Below, piece by piece: positions 48,501 through 60,500 of a stretch of DNA of 64,000 nucleotides. Made by a program: the position numbers and the translations under genes. Numbering within the stretch: the first letter of the stretch is position 1; every line of letters starts with the position of its first letter. The stretch comes from Antedon mediterranea. Its lineage: Eukaryota > Animalia > Echinodermata. The notes below the pieces were generated by a model. That model did no database searches and had not been told where the DNA came from. It saw nothing but the letters and a program-made list of their open reading frames with translations. Location: the NCBI RefSeq assembly GCF_964355755.1, contig NC_092670.1, positions 3,462,201-3,526,200 on the forward strand. Direction: 5' to 3'.

Positions 48501-51500
48501 ATAAGGTGGGTTACTATTAGAGTAGTGGGTTATTATTATAGATTGACTTATAAGGTGGGTTACTATTAGAAGGGGGGTTACTATTTTAGAGTGTGGGTTA
48601 CTATTAGAAGATTTGCGGTAAACTTTGTTTGGAATAACTCATAACAGATGACTTCACAGTTAATCAATTTGTTAAAAAAAAGATTACTGTACACATACAG
48701 TAACTACAGTTTTTAGAACCCCTCCTTTGGGAAAACCCTATGGGAAGCAAGGATTAATGGAACACTTTGGGAAAACCCTATGGGAAGCAAGGATTAAAGG
48801 AACACTTTGGGAAAACCCTATGTGAAGCAAGGATTAATGGAACACTTTGGGAAAACCCTATGGGAAGCAAGGATTAAAGGAACACTTTGGGAAAACCCTA
48901 TGTGAAGCAAGGATTAATGGAACACTTTGGGAAAACCCTATGGGAAGCAAGGATTAAAGGAACACTTTGGGAAAACCCTATGTGAAGCAAGGATTAATGG
49001 AACACTTTGGGAAAACCCTATGGGAAGCAAGGATTAATGGAACACTTTGGGAAAACCCTATGGGAAGCAAGGATTAAAGGAACACTTTGGGAAAACCCTA
49101 TGGGAAGCAAGGATTAAAGGAACACTTTAGGAAAACCCTATGTGAAGCAAGGATTAATGGAACACTTTGGGAAAACCCTATGGGAAGCAAGGATTAATGG
49201 AACACTTTGGGAAAACCCTATGGGAAGCAAGGATTAATGGAACACTTTGGGAAAACCCTATGGGAAGCAAGGATTAATGGAACACTTTGGGAAAACCCTA
49301 TGGGAAGCAAGGATTAATGGAACACTTTGGGAAAACCCTATGGGAAGCAAGGATTAAAGGAACACTTTGGGAAAACCCTATGTGAAGCAAGGATTAATGG
49401 AACACTTTGGGAAAACCCTATGGGAAGCAAGGATTAATGGAACACTTTGGGAAAACCCTATGGGAAGCAAGGATTAATGGAACACTTTGGGAAAACCCTA
49501 TGGGAAGCAAGGATTAAAGGAACACTTTGCGAAAACCCTATGTGAAGCAAGGATTAATGGAACACTTTGGGAAAACCCTATGTGAAGCAAGGATTAATGG
49601 AACACTTTGGGAAAACCCTATGGGAAGCAAGGATTAAAGGACACTTTGGGAAAACCCTATGGGAAGCAAGGATTAAAGGAACACTTTGGGAAAACCCTAT
49701 GGGAAGCAAGGATTAAAGGAACACTTTAGGAAAACCCTATGTGAAGCAAGGATTAATGGAACACTTTGGGAAAACCCTATGGGAAGCAAGGATTAATGGA
49801 ACACTTTGGGAAAACCCTATGGGAAGCAAGGATTAATGGAACACTTTGGGAAAACCCTATGGGAAGCAAGGATTAATGGAACACTTTGTTGATTACTATG
49901 TTGAACAATAAACTGGCGTTCTCTTTATGGAAATTACTCTTTCGCAAATAAATTCTTGCTAAAGATGCTAATGCAATTTATTGAACAGTGTTAGCCAGAA
50001 GGCTACAATTTACCTGTGTACAGAGTAAACACTTTACTGTATCTATAGTCCTATTATTCACACCTTGGTTTATGCTTAATCACATCCAACCCCTTTGTGT
50101 TAGGGACGTTTTACGGGAGCACTGATGTGTTTAATGGTCCAACCTCTTCACTGTTGTTTTTTTTGTTTTAAACAGATGCCATCAACAGTACAATATGTAC
50201 AGTAATTTCAATTTAAAAATAATGAACAGTAAATTGTGTTTGTGGAAAATGATACAAACCACAAGAGTACAAGAAAGAAGAAGCTAACAATAAACAAACC
50301 GAGGCCACACCTTCTAATGTGCTATTTTCAATACGTGTTTGATCCAAAAATGACCTGGGTAATAATGTGCAGCACATTGAGAGCTTGTTTGTATATGCTC
50401 TAAGAATGAACTAAATTATTATTTTACAATTAGGACACACTAAATAAATTATATTACAATTTATCAGAAATATTGGTGGCAGAAAAGTAACTAAATTAAT
50501 TACTGTCATCCTTGACAAATGCTAATATTGCAATTACAGTATTAGATATTTTTGTTGATAAATTTGCATGCAGTCTGATTCTTTAACAGTTTAAATTATA
50601 CTGTATGGTATGATTCTTGTTTAAACCAAACGATGATAACATTTTATTTCATTGTTTCAAAGTCCATCCAAGTTCTTCAACGGTAAATTACGAAACTGAG
50701 TGAAGTTTGTTTGTATAAAATGCGTGTTGATTGTAAAGACAGAACCGATTATACTTTAGGAATTGTTCAGCTATAAATACAGTATCGTTTTTGTACAAAT
50801 CAATGATAGATTCATTGTAAAGATAATTCCAAACAAAATATGGTGGCTTGTGATTATGGACGTCACGATAATTATTATCATATTCATAACAATTAACATA
50901 TGGAAAATATAAATTTTAAAAATCTAAAAAGTAGAACTATTGAATGTGCTTTGTGCACATATGCTTCCTTGTAATCCCAAGGTTCAGGGTTCAATCCTGA
51001 CCTAGTTCCTGACTTACTTAAATAATCATTTTAACTTTCTTAAGCTTTGTCTACACTATCATTCAAACTAGACAAAAAAAGTGTGATGTGCCCAATTATG
51101 GTAGTGATATAACTAAATATGGTATTGATGTGACATCATCATATCCATATATGGGCACATCACATTTTGTTGTCGCATAAAGTGTAGACAACGCTTAACA
51201 TATTCATTAAAAAGTTGTTTGTTCACAGTACTGGCACAGTAATAATTATTGTCTTTTTCTAGAATTCCAACAGTAAAACAGATGAGTATCTCGCTGCGGA
51301 GGCATTAGCCAATCACATTCGATGTAACCACAGCTTCGTTCACGACTTATTCCAAGCCCAATTCCGGTCATCGCTAACTTGCCCAAACTGCGGGGAGCAA
51401 AGCAACACTTTTGACCCATTTCTCTGTGTGTCTCTACCGTTACCACAGAGGACGACACGGCCAATCAACGTGGTAGTGGTGTACGTGGACGCTACGCCGA

Positions 51501-54500
51501 GGATCACACGATTTGCGATAACAATGAAGATCGAGTCCAAGATAAGCGATTTGAAAACTAGCATAGCAAAGACTTGCAATATTACAGAAACTAGAGTGAG
51601 TTTGGTTACTTTTCTTTTTTTCTGCTGATCCAACTTTGTCAATTTATTTTAAGCATGCTGCTGTGTGCTTTCAAAAATGTACAGTACTTAAGGCATATAA
51701 TGAGCATTTAGTCAGGCCTTATCTTGCACTCCTCAACACATTCAGATGTGCTGTTTGTATCTTGGTGTATGGTAAATGCCACACCTTTTTAGAGATTTTA
51801 ATTTAAGAGTGTGTCAGGTGAGTGATCTGACAATCCTTATGCATTGAAAGACCAGGCCTAATAGCCTCTTTTCATCTGGTGAAAAACCATTTTCATTACC
51901 AGAATCAGTATTTGAATTAAGTATCCTAGTACAGCAAGAATTTTGACAGATTTTATTTGTGATCTACAATACTGCAGTTACTGCAGTATTATAACCAGTA
52001 AATTCTGTTTAAATTGTGAATCTAGTATCATTCCTTCAGTGTTTTGATTATTTAGTTTGTAGACGAACAGTTAAACATGACTGCAGTATTAATCCTATGT
52101 ATTTAACATGAAAATGTCATTGATCGCTTCTTTTAAAGGAAAAATGGATTGGGGAATTATTTTTTAACATTATAGCCAACCCCTTTTCACAGGGCACCCC
52201 TTAAGTGTCCCCTTAATAGACAGACTGCTTTTTACAGGGCACCCCTTAAGTGTCCCCTTAATAGACAGACTGCTTTTCACAGGGCACCCCTTAAGTGTCC
52301 CCTTAATAGACAGACTGCTTTTTACAGGGCACCCCTTAAGTGTCCCCTTAATAGACAGACTGCTTTTCACAGGGCACCCCTTAAGTGTCCCCTTAATAGA
52401 CAGACTGCTTTTCACAGGGCACCCCTTAAGTGTCCCCTTAATAGACAGACTGCTTTTTACAGGGCACCCCTTAAGTGTCCCCTTAATAGACAGACTGCTT
52501 TTCACAGGGCACCCCTTAAGTGTCCCCTTAATAGACAGACTGCTTTTTACAGGGCACCCCTTAAGTGTCCCCTTAATAGACAGACTGCTTTTCACAGGGC
52601 ACCCCTTAAGTGTCCCCTTAATAGCCAACCCCTTTTCACAGGGCACCCCTTAAGTGTCCCCTTAATAGCCAACCCCTTTTCACAGGGCACCCCTTAAGTG
52701 TCCCCTTAATAGCCAACCCCTTTTCACAGGGCACCCCTTAAGTGTCCCCTTAATAGCCAACCCCTTTTCACAGGGCACCCCTTAAGTGTCCCCTTAATAG
52801 ACATTTTGCTTTTTACAGTATTGTGGTAACCAACTGTACATTAATAAAAAAATTATTAAATAAATAAAATTAATAAATTTAGCTTCTTAGTCTCAAATCT
52901 TTTTCAGATTTCATATTTTAGTTTTTACCTAGATCCATGTAGTTTAATATTATTCCATAGATTACATAAGATATTACAAGAGAGGATTGAAACTCCCAAT
53001 TATAGCAAGTGTATTATTAACTAAACTATTCTCTTGGTATACTAAGAACATGATGCTATTAATTAAGCTGCGCTCATAGCCGACAGCGTACTTAATTATA
53101 AATTTTAACCAAATAACTCGCTGATTTAGAATGCATTGTCTGGTTGCATAGAAATATTAATGGAATTAGTTTGACTGGTTTTCTCAGAGATCCTTAGTTG
53201 TTTCTGTTAATGGAAATTTAGCAAAGATGTAAGCAAGGTGTTTTAGTATAGTGTGTTTGAATAACCACTGGGGGATTGGTTGTTGCAGATGTGTGGCAGA
53301 CCGGTAAAGTCATCAGGTTTTTAATCAAAAGGTTGAAAGTTCAAGTCTTCGGCGTGCATTTAAGATGAAATAAGGGATCATGTAAAGCTATGTTGCAGTA
53401 GCTTTATTTTTCTGAATTTACTGCAGTAATCTGCAGGTGTTGCAGTATTCTGCTACTGTACTGTAGGTACAGTACAGGCAGCTATCAAGCACAATGATGA
53501 AAATAGTATTCTCGAAACATGTCACGTAAATTAAGAGTTTTCATTTCAAAATTGATTCTCACTGGATTTAAATAAACACTATTTGTTAAATTTTATTTTA
53601 TTTCTAATTATTGTTTAATTAAATATTTAAAATACTCATTTCCAGATGATCTTGACAGAAGTGTACTATGATGGTTTTCATCGGTCTTTTACTGGCAAGC
53701 AGCCGTTGAGTGACATCCATGACGGAGACAGTATCTACGCTATTGAGATCACGCATAACCCACAAGACGTGGCAAACACCACTAATGTTGTTCCTTTCGT
53801 TCACGTTCATTCCTTTAGACAAGCTCATGATGTCATCAAGTTTGTGTTTGTAAATCAACAGGGGACAGGTGTTAGTGGAAGAAGGTAAAATAAATACAAA
53901 TACTACAGAATAAAGACATTTTTATAAACTTTATCAACTTGAATTCTCTCCTCACTGATTGTCTTTACCTTTGTCTTTTATTATATTGACTCGTCTTAAA
54001 ATGACACCAAATTAAACTTTATACAATTTCAGTCATTTTCAGACAATGTGTAATTATCGCCAACTTGTATAGTATTCCAGGGCAATGCAATACAATAATG
54101 GGCAGCACACTCAACCTAAATTATTGTTAACAGTTTACACAAATTCTGTACATCTAATATATATAATCCAAATATGAAAGTTCAGATTGAAATGGAAAAA
54201 TGTAATTTCATATAATGAACCATTCCCAGAAAATCTTAATCCTTGATCAATTTTTTATTAAAAATAATATACAGTACTACAGTAAAAGTGTTAAATGCTT
54301 AAATTTTGTAATAACACAACAAGCTATTAACTATCCAAATTTGATTAAAGTACCTTTAGTCTTTCATCAGAAAGTGTAACGATCCATAATTCTTGCTTAA
54401 TTCAGATTCGGGTTACCAGTCTCGATTGAGGTTGACAGAGGTGTCACGTTTCAACAGCTACAAAAGGTCATATTGAAAGCGTTAGAATGTAATAACATAG

Positions 54501-57500
54501 ATGACGCCCTCAACTTGGTGAGTACAATGTCATAGTATGTATGCCCTCTCCACCATTTTTATAGTAGGCCTTCAACCATTTGAGTGAAAGTTTATAGTAC
54601 GCCATCAACCATTTGAGTGAAAGTTTATAGTATGCCATCAACCATTTGAGTGAAAGTTTATAGTACGCCATCAACCATTTGAGTGAAAGTTTATAGTACG
54701 CCATCAACCATTTGAGTGAAAGTTTATACATGTAGTACGCCATCAACCATTTGAGTGAAAGTTTATAGTACGCCATCAACCATTTGAGTGAAAGTTTATA
54801 GTACGCCATCAACCATTTGAGTACAGTTTTATAGTGCATCCTCAACCAGTTTAGTGAAGTTGTATACATTAGTACACCCTGAACCAGGAGAGTTAAGCTT
54901 GATTTCCACAAGGACGTAAGCGCAGTGATTTAACCAATCACAAGCGTTGGATTATTCAAACTCTTGCTTGTCAGTGGTCAACTCACTTGCGTAGCGCCTA
55001 CATTCTTACGTTGTGGGAACCAAGCTTAAGGTAGGTTGTGCACCTTAGTAGGTTTGTCACCTATTGTAACCTTCATAGGAGTGTCACCCTAATCACAAGC
55101 GTTGGATTATTCAAACTCTTGCTTGTCAGTGGTCAACTCACTTGCGTAGCGCCTACATTCTTACGTTGTGGGAACCAAGCTTAAGGTAGGTTATGCACCT
55201 TAGTAGGTTTGTCACCTATTGTAACCTTCATAGGAGTGTCACCCTATAATAATAATAATATTAAGTAAATTGTCACCTAATAGGTTCTCCTCCATTAAAT
55301 TAGACGATCTCCTTAATAGCGGAATCTCGTATTTGAAAGAGAATCCATATTGCTTTTAGAATATCAATACAACAATATGTGTAATTGCATACGTGATATA
55401 CTGTCAGTATAAATCTCCTAAGACCAATAGATGTAGTTGGATACGGATGTTGTTTTCAACTAATTGATACAATTCATCTCCTATCTGTATATCTCTGTGT
55501 TTTTCATAATTTGATCATCAATATACATTGCCGTTAGTTTTACTCCGGACAAATTATCAATTTGTTTAATTCTTTCTCTTCTTCAAAGATGATTATTGTA
55601 ATCTTCTACATATTAATTATTATTATAGGCACTATCATGAATTAAAGTGAAATTTACATATTTTGTTAATTAAATAAGAATATTCATGAGGCTAAACAGC
55701 AGCAACAATTCAGAATTAGTATAGAAAAGATATCACATTCAGAACATGGTGAAGAAATAATAAATGCCACAATTTTATAAGCAAAACAGTTTTTTTTTAT
55801 GATTTGGTTATCAGGATGTTTATGTAAAATCTTTTACATTCCCAACCACAAGCAAATATCTAAATCTTCCTAAGTACACTAGCGTCCCTTTCACACTCTA
55901 AATATGCCTACTGTTTGCGCATTTGTTTTTCTAAATTAATTCACCAAAAACCACCCGCCAATAGTGAAAAGAACAATACGTTCACACTGATAAACACAAA
56001 CACGTATTAATTGAACTTGACACAACTAGTGTACTGTAGGAACCTTGGTCTGGTTTATAATTGTTATGTTAGCTACATGGTGGCCCTACATACAAAGTAA
56101 ACGTTTTATGTACTATCATACACTTTCGGCTGGCATTCAAATAATCTATCGATACATAATCCTCTATTGTATACATTAACACCTTCAAGGTGTTTCCATT
56201 TTCCTGTATATCCTCTCTAGGGACTTGAACTAACACCTTTAGTGGTGTAATGGCCAATTACACCTAAACTAATCTACAGTGTATAGCTATTAGTTGTATT
56301 GTCGCCATTTTAACTTGACCTTTGGCCACTTATTGTATTAAAGTTTGCTTGAACCAGATAAGCTTCGCTTTATGCAAAATGAAATTTATAAAATGCAATG
56401 CACTGAATCTATAATTTAAACTTAGTCAATCCCTGTCACACTACAAGTATTTTTAAAACCAGAATATTCAAAATATGTTACTATTATGTTAAATATATGT
56501 CATATCAGATATTTCTGCATACCACAACTTACTACTATTACTAATTTATATTAATTCAAATTCTGACAAATAAAAAGCAGAGATATAAGGCATTGTAAGA
56601 CCAATAGTCATGTGAAAAACAGATTCTACAACCCAAAAAACACAAAACATTTATACCGGTAGATTCTACAACCCAAAAAAACACAAAAATATCAACAAAT
56701 CAATTATGATCTACAATTCAGTTTCACAGTTTTCCCCCAGAAATTAAAATATTCATCCCACTTATCCTGCGGATGCTAATTTATTTTCTGCAGTCAAAGC
56801 ATTGCAATGAGTTATATACCGTTGTATGAAAGGTAGGATGATTAGTCTAACGATTGGCACTGTGCCAAATTTGTCTCTCAACTAAATTCACAAATAGGTT
56901 CTTGCTGTGTTCATTTCAGTTCATAATGATGTTGTGTATTGGTTGATAAATTATTAATGATCAACCAATTAAGGCTGATTGTGTTACAACTTAACGTTGA
57001 TTGAAAAAAAAAAAAATTTGTTAGAGAGTATGTAGTAATAGGTGCATGTAGAAATAAGTATCATACTTTGAAAAATGAAAAAATAAAAACAATAATTATA
57101 TTATATATGTGTTACTGTTACTATTATGTAAAATAGTTACCATGATTATATGACACTGGTAGAATAATAAAATCTGGTATACTTGGAGACCTATACTCGT
57201 ATAAAAACTACCACAACCAGGCCTAGACCAATTTTGTGAGTAACAATAGTATAGGATTAGCATTGCATTGTCGGTATCTGATTTCCGAATATATTTTTTC
57301 ATGTTTTTGAATACTTTTTCAATATTTGTTGATTTTATTTTGTTTTCAGGGAACATTGTTCAGGTTGGCAATCATTAATGAATCTGGAAATAGATGTTAC
57401 ATAATGGCTGACGAGCTGAGACCATTACACAACTCAATGGTTAATAAGTAAGTATAGGTCTGGTGTGTGAAGTATGTGGAGAAGACTGTGGCTAGGCCTG

Positions 57501-60500
57501 ACAAGTACTGTACTGTACCGTTGTAAACTTGTATATGTGGAGAGGACTGTGTCTAGGCCTGACAAGTACTGTACTGTACCGGTATGAACTTGTAGTAGGC
57601 CTGACAAGTACTGTACTGTACCGGTATGAACTTGTAGTATGTGGAGAGGACTGTGGCTAGGCCTGACAAGTACTGTACTGTACCGATATGAACTTGTAGT
57701 ATGTGGAGAGGACTGTGTCTAGGCCTGACAAGTACTGTACTGTACCGGTATGAACTTGTAATACTGTATGTGGAGAGGACTGTGTCTTGGCCTGACAATA
57801 TATTGACAAACTCGAACCATATACTCATATTATTAATTTGTTGGGAAATAAGTGATTGCTAACCCTGTAGTTGACTGTGGCTTAGGCCTGAAAGTTCTAT
57901 ACTGCATATATGGAGAATTAAGTTCAACTAAATCTCAATTGTTGGTCAGTCGGTTTCTCATATATGTTATTATATAGTTGTTGACACTTATATTTTGTAG
58001 GATGTTGCAGTTATCAGAGTCGCAAGGAGAACCGTGTCATGTGAAAGCTGTCATTGAATGGGACCGTGACTTACGAACCAGGCAAGTTCCATTTTAAATG
58101 TTTGCTTTCTCACCTCTTCTGCTTTGGCATTTAACCGGGGCTTTAGCTAGATAGAAGCAATGTCTCATGAGGATCCCAAAATACAAAAATTGATAAGAAT
58201 TATGTTAATTTTTCTTTAGATTCTCTCAATGGGTGTTGTCCATCTACATTGAAGAAGATGAAAGTGTGAAGGCAGAGAGACTTGCTCACCAGAAGCCAAT
58301 TGGAGCTAATCTATTTGACTGTTTTGATCTGTATACCAAGGAGGAGATGGTAAGTGTGTACTAATAAACAATTAGAGTACCCTTTGGCTCGGCTAAACAG
58401 TTTGGCTGTCTGGAAATTCTGATATTCTGAATTTGTTTTTAATGGTAAAATACAACGGACCTTTTCGACCTCAAGAAAATTCTGGTTTTGGAAACGTTCC
58501 AGTTTTCAGTCTGGTATGGGAGAGTTGACTATAGTGCGTTCGAAAATTCCATATGCCTCTTCTATAACATGAGGCCTGAAAAATTCTTTCAATTTGTTGA
58601 ACTTATGATTACTGCTTTGTGTAACATTGTACAGTAGGTGATCGTATGCCTATAAATTCTATCTTATTCTTAACTTTATGAGTTAAAATATCGTACCTTT
58701 TAAACAGTTTGATATTCAACTCTCATTTATATTAAACTGATTAATATATTAGTAGTGAGAATGCTTTAGCTGTTTAAATGATTTTTTTTTCTATATTATA
58801 CCTAGCTTGGAGAAGATGACGATGCCTGGCACTGTTCCCATTGCAAGAAACTCCAACAAGGAACAAAGAAGAAACTAGGACTATGGTCCTTGCCAGATGT
58901 CTTAATCCTTCACCTTAAAAGATTCCAACAGGTTTGTGTTGTACAAGGTGTTTACAGTATTCTTGAATAGCCGCTCAATAACTCCAGTGCCTCCATACAT
59001 GCAAATCGTCATCAATTAAATATACACAGTATAAGTATTTAAATATCAAGTTTCAATAAACATTTTTTTAAGATGGTCACAATATATAACAAACAATATT
59101 ACAATAAACAATAATAAACAATTAATATAAGACCATCTCAGGGATCAAAATTAGAAGTACAAACTTGTCTCACATTGACCCCTAAAATAATAATAATAAT
59201 AATTAAAACAAAATAAGAACGGTACGGTAACGGTATATATTTTTTTTATTTATATTGGGTGACCTCTTCAGTCCAAGACTAGTCTCTCAGTGGGCCCAGA
59301 TATGATCAGTGGCTGTATGTGTACTAGTACACCGGGGTGACCCTCTACATGTTTCGAAAGATCTACTAGGTTCTTTAAAAGTGCACATAAGCTAAATGTG
59401 TACACTGAACCTACGGTTTATAGTCCTTATCCGAGAAGACTCGTTCTACCACCAGAACCATGGAGCGAGTGAGCCTCGAACCCTTGCTGATGTTATGGCT
59501 ACATAATTACAGTTCCACTGTCTTAACCGCTCAGCTACTCACTTGCTCAAAATATAAAAAAAAAAGATAAAAGATTGTGATGAGAATAGTGGTTTTTTTA
59601 AACACATTTTCCAATAGTTTAATCTATTGTCTGATCACCATCAGATTCATGTCTTTATCAGTAGATTCTATGAATAATGAAAAGTAGGTTTGTTCAGGAA
59701 ATACTCTCACACAACAATAGCAACAGCATTGTTGTTTTCTTATCTTATTTATTTTGTGACAATATACCGACATTTTACAATGTTTACTCCAATTCAAAAG
59801 TCTATTTACAATGTTCAGGCCCGTAGCCAGAATGCATCAGAGGGGGGGTTTTCTTGACACCAAGTATTTTGCGAGCGCAGCGAGCAACTGTAGGCTGGGG
59901 GCCAGGGGGCCGGCAAGGGCCCCTGGTCGGGGTCCAGGGGGGCGAAGGCCCCTGGAAGCTTTGGCTCTCAGAGCAATTTCGGTTGTTTTAATAAGCTTAC
60001 AGAGACATTTTTTACCTACTAAAATCTGAGTTATGCAGAGAAATTATATAGTACAGTATTATGGAAGTTAGTAGTACTGATCATGAAATACAGCTTTATT
60101 GTTGCAAAAAAGTATATTATATTAGGCCCTTGAATAATTTCTTATCCTATAAACATAAAAAACAAATAGTACCGTATATTTCGGTGTACAAGTCGCACCT
60201 GTTGTGTATAAGACGCACCCATAACGGAGACTGAAATATTAGTATTTTTTATGTAGTCGATGCATAAGACGCACTTATTTCTAGGCCGAAATTTAAACAT
60301 TTTACAATCAAAACAATGGTATTTTAATAATAAAACAACGATATTTGAGACATATTTATTAGAATCAAATGATATAATTTTGTTTGATTGCCTTTATTAC
60401 ATCGTAATCAGTCTCTACTTCAACTGAACTTTCAATGAAAAGGGAAATCCCCATAAATTATTGTTTCAGTTACGATGCACTGTGTGGGTAGGGCTAGCCT

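Noticed and set aside
48725-49888. CRISPR-like appearance of regular 30-45-bp repeats (also 19509-19808 and 52172-52818)
   Set aside because: Units are head-to-tail with no unique spacers, there are no cas genes and the context is eukaryotic introns; these are minisatellites.
52170-52646. 158-aa repetitive ORF; likewise 54510-54911, 38396-38723 and 57553-57828
   Set aside because: Open frames arise from stop-free minisatellite units inside introns.
53290-53350. tRNA-like A/B box remnants (also near 50950-51005)
   Set aside because: No complete cloverleaf; at most decayed SINE heads.
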